From the NCBI GenBank assembly GCA_024704765.1, contig JAKMXF010000022.1, forward strand, positions 372,001 through 436,000: a stretch of 64,000 nucleotides of DNA, in the 5' to 3' direction. Each line of letters begins with the position of its first letter. Positions within the stretch are counted from its first letter, which is position 1. Below are positions 21,233 through 35,528 of the stretch, one piece after another. The notes below the pieces were generated by a model. That model was not told the origin of the DNA. It ran no database searches and saw only the letters and a list, made by a program, of their open reading frames with translations. A program made the position numbers and the translations under genes. The DNA comes from Oopsacas minuta (lineage: Eukaryota; Animalia; Porifera).

Positions 21233-22270
21233 ATGTCAGACAGCCCTGGACCTGTTCCCAAAAAGCCCGGACGGCCACCACTTAAAGCGACCCACTTTTA
21301 TAGTCAAAAACCTACCCCAGATGGTCTTAGCCAGCCACCATGTCCTCCCACTAAAGTAATAATACCTCGACAACGTAAACTTCCGTTTGGCCGCATTTCC
21401 CCACCTGAAGCTAGAACAAATATCAACAGACTAAACGGTATTCACAGGACTGGATCTCTCGGATCTCTAGACCGATCTCTAAATTATTTCGCCTCTCCTC
21501 GCCTATTCCCTCCCAGCCCCATTCTACCCCATTCCCATATCAGAACATCTCCCTTGGTATCCTCGAGTCCTAGTGACTGTAATAGCGTTCAGATAAAGCC
21601 TGAGTCTGTCCGCAAGTCCAAACGACCTAGACCTATTCGCTCTGCTTCTCTCGATTCTGAGGATTCTCCAAGAGGTATAACGAATGATCAAACAGAACCT
21701 TCTTATCCTCTCGAATCACTTAATCCTCTACCTCCACCTCTACCGATTGAAGCTCCTATCAAATTCTCTCCTCTTAACAACATCTCGCACAGTCGACGGG
21801 TATCAATAGAGGATGAAGATGACGAGATCGCTCTCGCCTTGAATGGACTCACGATAGCAGATCAACCCGAGGTATGTCCTGATGGTCACGTAGCTCCACC
21901 CCCAACAGTAAAAAGGGTGCAATCAGCTGGACCTTTCATTTCCCCGCGAAAAAGGCTAGACACATCTGCTATCGTGATGTCAGCACGAGCCTCTACAGGA
22001 TACGCTTGCTCCTCATCACCTGATCTCAGACCTCAAACTTTCTTCAGAGGACACTCTTCTAGTCCAAGGTGTCTCTTCAATCACGAGCCTCCAAGAAACG
22101 CCATCAGCGTTGAGATGCGTATGGCTAGCATATCAGCTGTCCAGATTCAAGCCCCTGATCCTCGTAAAGTTGGTGTTGTGCTAACTGGTGCTGGGTTTGC
22201 GTCTGCAGCTTCTGCATTCAAACCGATTCATCAAATTCAAGACGGCAAGCCAATCACTCTTTCTACATAA
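21233..22270 (+). CDS. Ser/Pro-rich, probably disordered protein of unknown function
   Basis: 345-codon intronless ORF, more GC-rich than its flanks; N-terminal KKPGRPP (AT-hook-like); many SP and RxxS sites. No family recognised. Confidence 0.7.
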   Translation: MSDSPGPVPKKPGRPPLKATHFYSQKPTPDGLSQPPCPPTKVIIPRQRKLPFGRISPPEARTNINRLNGIHRTGSLGSLDRSLNYFASPRLFPPSPILPHSHIRTSPLVSSSPSDCNSVQIKPESVRKSKRPRPIRSASLDSEDSPRGITNDQTEPSYPLESLNPLPPPLPIEAPIKFSPLNNISHSRRVSIEDEDDEIALALNGLTIADQPEVCPDGHVAPPPTVKRVQSAGPFISPRKRLDTSAIVMSARASTGYACSSSPDLRPQTFFRGHSSSPRCLFNHEPPRNAISVEMRMASISAVQIQAPDPRKVGVVLTGAGFASAASAFKPIHQIQDGKPITLST

Positions 22271-22580
22271 TTCTCTTACCTCTACTTTGTTAAATATTAT
22301 TATTCTTGAATTATCAAAATTGTCATTATTGATAACTTATTTTTGAGTTAATAATATAAACCTGTAACCTGATGCTGTAATCTGACACACATCAGTTACA
22401 CTCTTCACTTCAATACTTATTGGTTTATCCACTCTAAAATTCTGCACATCTAAGGAATCATTTTGAGTCAGATTGATTACAATTAGAAATTGGTCGGCGA
22501 TGTTAAGTGACTGTTTAAGCACATAAACATATAACTTTAAGTTAAAAATTATCTAATTAGATAGCTGATGTAGGTATATA

Positions 22581-25500
22581 ATGGCTGAATACAGACAAGC
22601 ACTAATTGGAAGTGAGTGAATGATATATAATATGTAATCACTGTGATAATATTTATTTCATTTATCTGATTCAATTCAATAGGATCTGCCGGTCAGAGAG
22701 TTCCACCACTAATTAACGTTATCATCAGCACACTGAAAAATTATCCAGATGGAAGTCAGATTCTTAAGGTGAGAGTTTTTTACTTGTAGAGAATACTGGT
22801 ATTATCTATTGTTTTTAGGAACTACTTCAAAATGCAGATGACGCACATGCTACAGAAGTTCATTTCTTATTAGATGAAACACAACATGGAACTGAATTCC
22901 TACTACACCCTGACGTTGCTAAGTACCAGGGTCCTGCACTTTATGCCTGGAATAATGCAGTATTTGACGATGAAGATTGGGAAGGAATTCAGAATATTAG
23001 CATTAGTCACAAAGAGAAGAAGTTACTCAAAGTTGGAAGATTTGCTTTAGGATTCATTTCAGTCTATCATATTACGGGTGTGTAATTTCGAGTTATTTAT
23101 CAATGAAGAAGTGAAATTAATATATATTTCTCTTAATAGACTTTCCTTGTATTCTCAGCAACGACAATGCTCTTCTGCTAGATCCCCACATGATTATTGA
23201 CAGAACTGGAGGACTGTTGATTGGATTGGATCAGTTTACATCTGATGCTACTCTTCCTAATCTTAAGAACCATCTTGATTGTTTCAATGGATATTTCGGT
23301 TATGATGGTAGTGACCATTACAATGGTACAATATTCCGATTTCCCTTAAGAACAGGCAAATATACAACTCTCCTACCAGATAATAAATATGATTCAGAAA
23401 AGGTTCTAGAATCTTTGTTCGATCCTTTCAAAAATGAGATTGAGAATTGTCTCCTATTTATGAAGAACTTAAATAGAATCCGTGTATCTGTTAAGGATCA
23501 TTCAGGCTTAATTAGACAACTTTATTCAGTTGAAATTTCCCCTAATGTGTACCGAGAAAGGCTAGGAAAACAGAGACAAGAGATATTTGAGTTTGTACAA
23601 CATGAGAAATACTTGAAATTTTCTAAAATCTTTATTTCCATCTTCCCAATATCTTCTATTAGTCAGGATCTTTCTACAACTCTTAAGCTCTGGCTTGTAG
23701 TTAACATACTCGGTTTGCCAGATGGTGTATTAACATTAACTTATCGTAGACTATCTGATTCCTACTTGCCTTGGGTAGCAATCGCTGTTCCTCTACCTTA
23801 CAGCGAGGATATATTTTCTTGCCTTAAATATGGGAATTGTTGGTCCCTTCAATTTGATAAGATTGACCAAATTTTCAATTTTATTGCAATACACTTACCT
23901 ACTATCAATTTGTCAAATACAACATTTGACTTTACTGGGAATATATTCTGTTTCCTCCCAATCGCAGCTAGTTCAAAATTGCCATTTCACGTACAAGGCT
24001 ACTTTGCTCTAAGCACAAATCGTCGTTCTATTAAGTGGCCGAGATATGACGACATGAGCGATGAAGCTAAATGGAATAAACACCTTGTGGAGAGTTTAAG
24101 TACAATCTGCTATGCAGTACTTGTATATTTCAGTGTATCTAAATTCCGAAGTGAGTACGGCGTATCAACTTTCATCTACAACTTATGGTCATGTTTGCCT
24201 CCAGGTAGTGAGCATGATCAGTTACAAGCTGTACTACATAACGGTGCCTTGTCTCTGCTACAAGACAGACCTTTGGCATTTAGAACAAACGATATGAAAT
24301 GGTGTCCACTCGAATCTGCGTATTTTCTTCCGTCTCCTTTCACAAATTGCAGTATTGTTCATGAAAAGGTCTGTAACGAATTTCTTATTTCTCTGTCTCA
24401 ACCAGTAGTTGAAGTTCCAGTTAATATAGCCCAAGTTTTGATTCATTACCAGTTTCTGAGACCTAAAATTCAAATCCTATCTCCAAATTTGATAAGACAA
24501 TTTTTGCTTAATTATAAGGGAAAAGAGTGTTTAATTGATTTCTTACGAGACAATGATAACGTAATTCCCCTATTAGAAGTTGTTCTTTCAGATCTCAATT
24601 ACTCTTCACAGGATATATCTTCAACACTTAATGGAATTCAATTAATACCTATATGCAATTCAGATTTGCCTCATGCATTTGGTGGTTCTAACGTATTTAT
24701 TAGCAGTCAACCTCAGAAAATCATGAAACTATTCCCTGGACTTGAGACTGTTTTCGTTGAGCCAGAAATTCCTTCTCATATTTATTCTTCTCTATTAAAA
24801 TTGTGTGACATTAAGAATGTGAATCTAGTTAATATTACGGATTTGAAAAGTAGACCTCAACTATTTTTTCAGTTCCTAAAGCGTTCAATGGAATCTAAAT
24901 TCGTAATAGAATCAAATGTGAAGTGGACACCTGGGGTTAATAACCAACCAGAGAAACAATGGATTAAGTCCGTGTGGGAGTTTATTAACGAAGAATCCCC
25001 ACTAATTGAAATTCTAAAACAACACAAATTACCAATTTTCCCAAAACAAAATGTATCCTCAGCTTCTAAAATTGATCTCCTCTCACTCAGTATAAATGCT
25101 ATGCCTTATATTAAACTGAGTGGTGTGAATGCTTACTCAGAGATTGAGAGTATGTTAGCTTCTAGTGGCTGTCATATTTGTTACAAGAATCAATTTATCT
25201 TAAATTACAGTCGATTTGTTATGTCAGCCCTACCAAAGGGTCTCTTTCCATTACTACGACTAAGGGACATTCGTGATAAATTCATTAGCAATTTATCAAA
25301 TGCTGATACTCCAACTCGAGAATCTTTGATTAATATTGTTTTGAATAGCGAACCTACCAGCAGTAGTGACAAAAACACACTCAAATTGTTCCCCATTTTC
25401 ATTTCCATATCAAATCATTGGATTAAGATTGATAACATCCTATTCGTCATACCTCATAATTCTATCCCTAAAGATATCAGTTTCTATCCCAGCAATTTTC

Positions 25501-28500
25501 TTAGCCCTTTTCACAAGACCAATGTGAATTTATGTGCCCTAATTAACATACATCCTCTTTCTCTTGATGATACAGTTCTCAAATATTTGCTGCCATTGAT
25601 TGTTGATTGTAAAAATATTCATTCACAGCGAGAAGTTCTAACACTTTGGTTTTTTAACAATTTACACTCTTTTAGCCGAAATACATCCAATAAATTATCC
25701 ACTGCAAAATGGCTCTGTGATTCTACTATAAATACTAATTCAGCCACCCAACTCAAGCTATATTCTCCAGTTGAACTATATGATCCACAAGATAAGCATT
25801 TGTGTAGATTGTTAAGTACAGAATTGCAGGGAATATTTCCCAATGCTATCTATAAGGATTATTATCAGATGTTGAGAAATCTGGGAATGCGATCTTGTGC
25901 GAATATTACGAATCTCTCTGCTATGATTACTATTATATTGCGCAAAGTTCCTACCGTAGGCTATTCAGATTGGGTGAATTCTCTCTTGCATCTATTAAGT
26001 CAGCATTTTGATAAGATAGAACACGACAACCACTTCTGGAGTGTATTTACACCGAGTTATTTCTTGTTATCTTCATCGAGTTCCCAATGTAGTTCTTATC
26101 CAACCTTTTTACCATATTTTACTCATATCAATGCATTTTGTAAACCTCAAGAAGTTACATTATGTTCACAGGCTGATTCTAGTTTAATTGCAGGTGTGAC
26201 TCCTGTATTGATTGTGGAACCCAATAAAATGGAGAAATACAAGAAAATATATAAATGCATGGGAATAAAGACCATAATTTCACCAGAACTAGTTTGCAAG
26301 CAGTTTACACTCATTGTAGCAGCTGTTACAAACAATGATTCTTATTTAAGTAGTAAAGAAGTGCAATTACTCGTAAATAGAATATACACATATTTAGGAC
26401 AACTACTGTCATCGAATCCTGATATATCACGGAATATCCAATTACCTAAAAATTGTATTTTTATCCCAAAGTTGGGTTTCTTATGTCCAGATCGATTTGC
26501 TCTATCTTGTGACAGTTGTGTATTTCCTTACATTATTTCTGTCGACAAACAATATTTCCTTTCGGATGTTAACTTATCAGAATTCTTCAAATTTTTGAAG
26601 GTTGATAAATGCCTCAATTTTCAAAAATATCAGTCCATACTGAATCAACTCCAATGCAATCATCTTTCTGAAGATCAGATCGATTTAGCTCTCTCAGTTA
26701 TTCAATATTCACATAGAATAGCTCGACATGAATTTGGAGGCATAAATGCATACTATATCCTGGCTCAGAATTCTATGATTTATCCTGCAAGAGAATGTAT
26801 ATTCAATGATTTATCATGGTTGCAACGTTCCGATTTATCAACTGCAAGACCTTTAGTCCATTCGAGTATTTCCAATCAAATAGCCAGTGACTTTGGCTGT
26901 CTTCCTGCTAGTACAGCATTGGTTCCCACTGCACAGTGTATCTCATATACTTCTGCCTTAGGATGTGGTCAGAGTGAAGACATAGTCGCTCGACTGAATG
27001 GAATACTCAAAGGATATCGTATGCATATGGATGTATTTAATGAGCTTATTCAGAACTCAGATGATGCAGGTGCACACACAGTTAAAATCCTATTTGACTT
27101 TACAACACACACTTCTGTGTCTGTATTAGATCCAGCCATTAAGGATATCCATGGTCCTGCTCTATACTTTTACAATGACGCTATGTTCTCGGAAACAGAT
27201 TTTAAAAGCATTTTGAAGCTCTCTTCTGGGAACAAATTAAACAGTACAGACAAAATTGGTAGATTTGGTATTGGATTTAATGCAGTATATAACTTCACAG
27301 ATTGTCCAAGTTTTGTAAGCGATCGATACGTTCAAATATTTGATCCTCTCCAAAAGTATTTAGGATCCTTTAAACGTTCTTCTGGTGTGAAGTTTACCTT
27401 TGTTGACGATTCAGTCACGGTCATATATAAGGATCAGTTTAAAGTGTATGATAAATTATTTGATTGTAACATTTTGGAAAAGTCCCATACAAATATACTC
27501 TCTTTCGGTTGCCCTTTCGTCTTACTCCAAGTGACCTGTCTTATCAAACATACCGTCGGGAAGACATTATTAAGATCCAAGAACTAGCTCAACAGGAGAT
27601 TTCTAAAACGATGCTTTTCTTGCAAAATATTGTTTGCATTGAAATTTACGAGAGAACTACAGATAGAATCAAACTACTTCAAACAGTAACTAAAAAAAAT
27701 GATTGTAAAACTACACATTTCATTCAAAATAATCTTGAATATTTTCATAATTACTTACAGTTGGTGGATAGACCAAATACGATTATTACTTCCTCAGACA
27801 CAATATCTATAATTTCTAAATCTGAAGCTGAGCATTCTAAGCAAGATTTCCTAATTTCCTATGCTAGTGGAACTTTAGCTTGTTTTGACGTTTTACAGAG
27901 ATTCAAAACCTCATCAGTCGACGTTACATTCCTACCACTGTGTGGAGTTGCTATTCCATTACAATATCTGGAACATATCCCAGATATACCGATTTGCGGT
28001 TTATATACGTTTTTACCTCTGCCCATTAAGAGTCCTCTTTTTCTTAACATTAATGGTTACTTTTCGCTTTCTGATTCAAGAAAGAACTTATGTGACGCTA
28101 TAACAAGTCAGAGTAACTATACAAATTACCAAGATCTACCCACTGAGTGGAATTTTGCTTTAATAAATGATGCTCTACCAAACGCTTTGATCTGTGCTCT
28201 CAACAGTTTACCCAAAATCAATTCCACTAATTTCTATAATAATTATTTGTCTCTATGGACTAATACAACTAGCACTGAGTTATTGTGGAAATCTTTCCCT
28301 CTAAATCTTGCCAAACGAATTATGCAATCACCTGCCTGTATATTTTCTTGTGCTCAATCTCCTACCATCTGGGTTGCATTTAGAGACGTATCTTTTCTAT
28401 TTCTTGAGCTTTCCTTGAAAACAAATGCTCCCTTTATTCAATGTATTTATGAATTATTTATTAAAAAAGGTATAAGATTAGCAAATGCTTCGCATTCATT

Positions 28501-31500
28501 TTTCTCCACAGATTTATATAAAGCATTCTCAGAGCTTGCACCTCAGAAGATATTTGATCTTGAGAGAATTATCAAAACTGTGATTTCTCCCGATTTACAT
28601 AATTTGTCGCTCTCTCAGATAATTATTATCATGAAAGCAATCATACCATTATGTATCTACCCGCATAAGGAGTGGTTATTCAATTGGTTGTCTCAAACTG
28701 AATGTATCCCATGTGGACTTGATTCTGTTAACTTCAAATTAAACTTTCCTTGTAAGGTAGTTTGTCCAAATACGATTATTTCAAAACTCTATTATGCTAA
28801 AGAAATGAGACAACCAGTACCTGAACTACGTCAAATGTTCACTTTCAACGATCCTAATAATGCAGATAGTATTGTCCTTCAGAGATTGGGAGTTATTTCG
28901 CAAACTCTACCTGAATGTGAAATAATCGAGCGTTGTGGCATTACTGGAAATTTAGAAATTGGATTAGCAATGGAACATTCACTTATTCTTATTGAGTATC
29001 TGTCACGAGAAAATTCAGAGGTTTTTAACTCAGTTTATCCTAAGATACGATCAATTCGTTTTATACCCACGTATACAGATGAAATAACTAGAGTTCTTTC
29101 AAGCCAAGTTCACCCTTTTGCTGCTCCTATAGAATGTTATTCATTTTATGATCGTCATCTAGTCACTCCATTTTGTACGTCAGCCTGTAGTGAAGTTAAG
29201 GAGACAGCTGAGGTTCTGAAGCTTTTCCATAATCCTTCATTTGATACCGTCTTTCAAGTTTTGACTACCCTTATAGCACAACCAGACAAAATTCGTGATA
29301 TCAAAATTGATGATAAGATTATCGCTATATACCGATACATTTCTTCATCTGATCCTGAGTATTTGCCTCAAATCATAACAGACGGTAAGCAGTGGATATG
29401 GGAACCAGAAATGAGATCGTTTTACGCATCTGATCAAGTAATACTATCTCCATACTTAATGGGTGTTCCAAAAAATAAATATTTGGTTAGTTTTCCATAT
29501 AGAGATATGTTAATGGATAAGCATTTTGAAACTTACTTAAATAATGTTGGTATCAAAAATCGAATCGATGACGAAACAATAATTGATTGTTTTGAGAGAA
29601 TTTACAATGATTATGGTGAACAACCCGTTGATGCAAATCTGATTGCATTCATTCTAAAACTAATTGATTCAATTCAAAACTTCGGGTATTGTTCAGAGAA
29701 AGTATTCCTCTTAAGTCAGTTAGATATTCTCCATCGTCCGAGAGAACTATATGTTAACTATAAATCTCATTTGTGTAGTTTTTTGAACGATGAATGTTAC
29801 TCTAAATATATTGTAAAGCTTCAAATCCATCCTTCAAGAGCTTTCCAACTAGGAACTCGGTCTTGTGAAGAATTATTTTGTACAGATGATTCTGAGTTTG
29901 GGTTAAGTGAAGAAATCACTGATCGTATAAAAGGCTTGATAAGAGAAATGCCAATTGAATCAGTTTTTAAAGAGTTAATACAGAATGCGGAAGATGCTAA
30001 AGCTACTGAAATGGTATTTATACTAGATGATCAGGATTACAGTACCCACACAAATACTCTAGTTGAAAACAATTTCAATTATCCCAATTTGAAAGATCTT
30101 CATTCTTATCCATCACTTAATGTATACAATAATAAGGGATTTTCAGAGGGTGATATTAAAGGGATACAGAATTTGAGTGTTGGAGGGAAAACGAATGATA
30201 GAAATACTATTGGAAAATTTGGCCAAGGTTTTAATTCTGTCTATCATATCACTAATGCTCCAACCTTTGTTTCTACACTGCTTGAGAAAAAAGAAATATC
30301 ATTTTGTTGTTTTGATCCATTCCTGAAGTACACAAATTGTAAATTCCAACAACAGAATTTAAAACGTGGATTAAGAAGAAATATTCCTTTTAATAACACA
30401 AACAAATTTTCCGATCAATTGTTTCCTTTCAAATACGAGAACTTTAATAATAATAATACAGTTAATGAAAGTCTTACTAACATCAGGAAAAATAAAGAAT
30501 ATACAATGTTTCGTTTCCCCCTTGACATTCAAAAACCTGAAACCAATACTTCTATCCTAGGTACTGCTTACGAAAATGTAAGAATCTCCTACTCTCTTGA
30601 AAATTTGGAAACAGAGTTATTGAAAGTAATCGAATCATATCCTGATATTCTCCTCTTCTTGACTCATCTTTGTAGCCTTAAAGTATTAAGAATTGATAAA
30701 AATAGAAATGTTAAATTGCTCAGTTCACTGAATGTTAAACCCAGAAAACCAATTTTAACTGAACTTCCGTGTTGGTTTCCTTTGAAACATTCTCCTTTCT
30801 TAAAGATACAAGAAAAAGAGAATAAATCTTTGCAATCTGATAAACGGAAATGGCTTATCTATTCTATTCCGGACATTCCAATTGCCGAGTATGTTGTTGA
30901 GGATCCTTCTCTTACAGAATATTCACATTATTACTCTAATGAAAAGTTATCAGGATATGGCTCTGTAGCAGTGAGAATTTCTAATCTCAACAACCGTTCA
31001 AACTATTCAAATTTATTTACTTTTTTACCAGTTGGATTGCTAGCTGATTTTCCAGTTCACATAAATGCTGCTCTTATACTTGATTCTTCGAGACAAAGTG
31101 TCCACGATAGAAAGATTGATTGGGAAATTAGATGGCACTCTTCCATCATTAAACTCATTCTAGTGCCTCTCTATACAATGCTTTTATTAGATCTCCGGGA
31201 TCCAAGAACTGTTATCAACGACGTGTCAACGAATAAAAAACGCTATTTTGATTGGTATTATTCACTATTCCCATGTACTGAACCCAAAAACATTTTCTTA
31301 TCAGAGATTAAGAAGACACTCTACGATTTTCTTGTCAATGTTAACCCAGAAATCTTACTAGCAGATAATCTGCTAGTTTCAGAGACAAGGATTTGGTACA
31401 ACTTAAAGGGTACTAATTGCGGTATTTTTAAACCATCTTCTTTTTTCAAACTTCCGTCTACTGATATTGATAGAGATTTTTATCACCAAATTATTTCAAA

Positions 31501-34500
31501 TCATGAATTAAGAGAATCTGAGATTAGCAAGTCTCTTATTATAATTAAATTTCCCCTCACTTTTGCTCCTCTTCGCCTCTTACATTTATTTAAGAGTAAT
31601 GAACTAAATCCAATAAAGCTTCTCAGATACTTGAATAATAATCCAAAGTGTGTATTTAGAGAAAATGCTGCTTCTAATAACCTTGAATCCATGGTTCTTA
31701 CTTTTCCACAATTACTAACGTTTTTAGAATACATCCTAACTGATAGTAAAGATTACCCATCCACACATAAAATTCCTTTAAGAATTGATTTGAATACTAA
31801 TTTATGCGATTTTGACCCACAAAATCCTTCTTTTATTCCAACTTTCTCTTCGCTGTTACCACATTGTGCTGAACATTTTATTTCTTCAGATTACAACTGT
31901 GAAGTTATACAAAAATTGTTATACATTGGATATGTTAGGGATTTAGATTCGGATTATCTAGCAAAACATTTGGAAATAGAATCTTCAAGCAAATGCTTAA
32001 TATTTTGGGAATATATTCTATTTAATAAAATAGATCAAAATGGGTTAACCCAATTTAAAAATCACCTTCTTCTTCCAGTTTATGATCGCGATGATGATCA
32101 TTTCATTTACTATCCAATTAGTAAATTGGAATTTCTATTAACTTCAGCTCTCGAGCAAAATGATAAGATTCTCTTTAGTGCATTGAATAAACTAGGATGT
32201 CCACTTTTGGGTTTAGAGTTATTTAAAAGTTCATACTTATCCAGTAGTAATACATTTAATTTGGATACATTCCTCACTGAAATAGAAAAATTATTAAATC
32301 CTATTGCAATATCCACAAGTAGATCTTCTCATATAATTCTTGGTTCAATTGAATGTTCTACTCTTTCATCTGCTGATCTTGAACCGACAGAATCTAGCTT
32401 GTTGCTAACATTATTTTCTACTCTCCAACCATGTAAACTTTCAAATAACCAGCTCCGTATATTCTCTACTCTTAAGATATTTAAAAGCATTAACTCCAAA
32501 TGCTTCTCTTTAAAAGAATTCAATATTTGCTTTGTGAATGACCACCGTATTCCTATTGGCACTGAACTGTTTGATCTGCTACACGAAAGACATAAATTAA
32601 TCGTTTTCCAACCAACTTGTAGTATTGTCCTCCAAAATTTCTGTCTAAAACTGGGAAAAGACTTTCTCGATCTCAGTAGATTATTTATTGAATATATATT
32701 CAAATATCTGTCAACTCTTCCTTTCGTTGAACAAAATAGTTTAGTCAGTTTTATAGCTGGAAAACTTGCCGAGAACGAAGTTGATTATCTTCCATATCTT
32801 ATTGATAATTTAAAACAAATTTCTTTTATTTTGAATGCAGACGGCTTGCTTTGTACTGTTAATGAGTTTTATTGTGGTAATTTACCGTTCGTCAATACAT
32901 TCCTGGCAAATTATTCACTTCCTGAGGACTGGAGAGGTGAGAATCTAAAACCACTTTTTCTAAAACTTGGCTTACAAACTTCTGTCAGTTTAGATAAGCT
33001 ATTGTTTGTTGCTAATGAATTTTCACTTAAGAAATTCGAGAGTGAAAAATTAAAAATCTTTTTGGTGGAATTTGCGCGGATTTTACAAAATCTTAATAAT
33101 TTCGAAACGAATGAAATCGCTATTATTCAACAGATCTCAAAATTGAAGTTTCTCCCTGTTTGGAGATATGCTAAGATCACTGATCGCCAAATACAGGAAT
33201 CTTCTACATTGGCTAAATTCTCTGAAGCTCAGTTATACGAAAATCAACATTGCTGTTGTTGTGCTTCTTGGGTACACACATACAGTTTAAATTTGCCGGA
33301 TAGTTCATACGAAATTTTGAATATTCAAAAGACACCTCCACCAGATGTTGTTAAACAACACCTGCATCTAATAACAACTCATATTTTACAACAGTATTCT
33401 CCACCTACACAAATTCCGAATTGTTATGGTGAGTACTTCAGATCTTCATATGAGTATTTCCAGCACTTGTTAGATAGTTGTGACATTTCTCTGGTAGAAT
33501 TTTATGATGTACGTTGTATATTATGGGAAAGACAGTTATTCTATCCAGTTAATATGTTGTTCACTACTACTGAAGGGATCAAACCCTTTATAATACAACT
33601 CCCATCTGAGTTGTCACATTTATTCAGTAAATTCTTTGAGTGTATTGGAGTTAAACAGGCTGCAGATTACACTCATTACTCTTACGTGTTAAAGAAAATA
33701 CATCGAACCTTATCACAGAGAAATGAAAATTTAGCTGGAAGTTCTTACGAAGTTCAGATCAATATTGTATTCGCTCTATTCATCAAAACATTACGAAGTT
33801 CCAATATTAACGAAATTAGACTTGATTTGGATAGTACTTTAGTTTTGACGAGAAATCCCAAACCAAAACTTCTCCCATGCTCTGAAGTTGTATATGCTGA
33901 CAATCAAGCTCTTCTCTCAAGAGTTACAAAAAAAAATATTGAGATTAACATACTCAAAACCTTAGAACCTGATGGAAGTAATTCTTGTGTACCTCCTGAC
34001 TGTCTAAAATTAAAAAGACTAAGTAAGGTCATCTCAGAGAATATTGATCCAATAGTCAACTCTTACAAAATTACAAATACTGGTTTAGCAGATTATTTGG
34101 AAAAGAAATTTAATGACCCTTTATTTTACCGATTATTACGTAGACTATTTTATCACTTAACTAAGAAGGATTTGAATAATATGAGATTCAAAGGTTTCAC
34201 AATCCAAGATCTTCTTAACAATCTTAAAGTTGAATCTGTAAAGCAAATAGATATTAATATTAATGACAAGCGTTATGATAGGCAGTATAAGCTAGAAAAT
34301 GCCTGTGGATGTTACATATGCACGAATACCAATAACAATATATTCCTTCTGTCTGACCATCACACAATGCGTGATTGCATTTTCAAAGACATTGCTTTCT
34401 ATCTGAATACTTACCTTGAGGAAATATTCAGCGAAGTTCTAGCTCATTTAGAAATATGTATACAATTGATAGATTATTGTAAAATTATGGAAAAGCTGAG

Positions 34501-35218
34501 TGAGTTCAACATAGATCTAGATCCATGGGACCTACCAGGAGAAATTATAAAAACAGATGATCAAATTAATACCCACCCTCATTCGAATTTTTCAAATAAT
34601 TACCATGGCCATATGTCCTATGGTACCCCTTTCCAACCCCCAAGACCAGAGGGTATATCAATCGGAGAACCAGATCCTTCTGCAGCTAAACTATCTATAA
34701 ATGTATCACAATGCAACCTCTTAGCAGCTAAACATTTAATCACACCGATCCCTCCTACAAACCTAACCTTCCCAGCTCTTTCTTGCTTCCTCAGCTTCGA
34801 AGCACTTATCAATATCTTTCATGCTCTTTTACATTTTGTCGGTTCTCGAAACAGACTTACAACAGAGAGAAACTTAAGAGTTTATTTCAACTTAATCTCT
34901 CAAGTACTCCCCGAAGATATTAGTAAAGAAATTCATATGTTAACGTGTTCCCTCATGGACTATGACTTTGACACCAGATATCCCTCTGCTTCTCTCATTC
35001 CTTGCCTATGCAATTACATTCCACAACAACTATACTCTCTAAATCAAGCTGAAGATGCTATTGTAATAGTTAATCAGATAATAATCCTGGTAACGAATAC
35101 ATTTCCAGATTTGAGAAAAATGCTTGCCCCACAGAATCATCAGATGTTCACATGTAGTACTGCTACTTCTAGTCCACAGCTTATTACGAGACTTCCATGT
35201 AGTAAGTTGAAGTTGTAA
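22581..35218 (+). CDS. SACS: Sacsin-like protein, ~4150 aa, with one frameshift at ~27480
   Basis: Exons 22581-22611, 22683-22768, 22819-23077, 23140-35218. Three HATPase repeats: [48 protein letters not shown]; C-terminal HEPN-like region with DTRYP. The two track ORFs join if one A is added to the run at 27478-27481. Confidence 0.9.
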
Positions 35219-35230
35219 TGCCAATTCCGT

Positions 35231-35327
35231 CAGTGGCGTAGCCATTTCAGGCCTAGGCCTGGGCCTGGCTAGTAGAGGTTGTGATTGTGTAATATAGCCT
35301 ATCTAGACCTGGGCAACCACGCCACTG
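35231..35327. mobile_element. hAT-type MITE
   Basis: CAGTGGCGT...ACGCCACTG termini; 8-bp flanks aattccgt / atttctgt (6/8 match); starts 12 nt after the sacsin stop. Confidence 0.65.
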
Positions 35328-35528
35328 ATTTCTGTATGTTTACAATCTATTATGATACGTAGTTACGTACGTATATACGATTATACTTATACGGCGCCAG
35401 TACGATAGATTCATAGACAAATAGTACATAACATGGAGCATTTATATTAAAGTTTGCTTAACATGGAGTTTCATTTATCGCGAACTACGCCTTTATATGA
35501 ATAGTGTGTTTTTGTCCTGTGAGAGTTC

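Noticed and set aside
27385-27482. A 98-nt intron that would repair the sacsin frame
   Set aside because: It would delete [14 protein letters not shown], which matches conserved sacsin sequence; a 1-nt indel is simpler.
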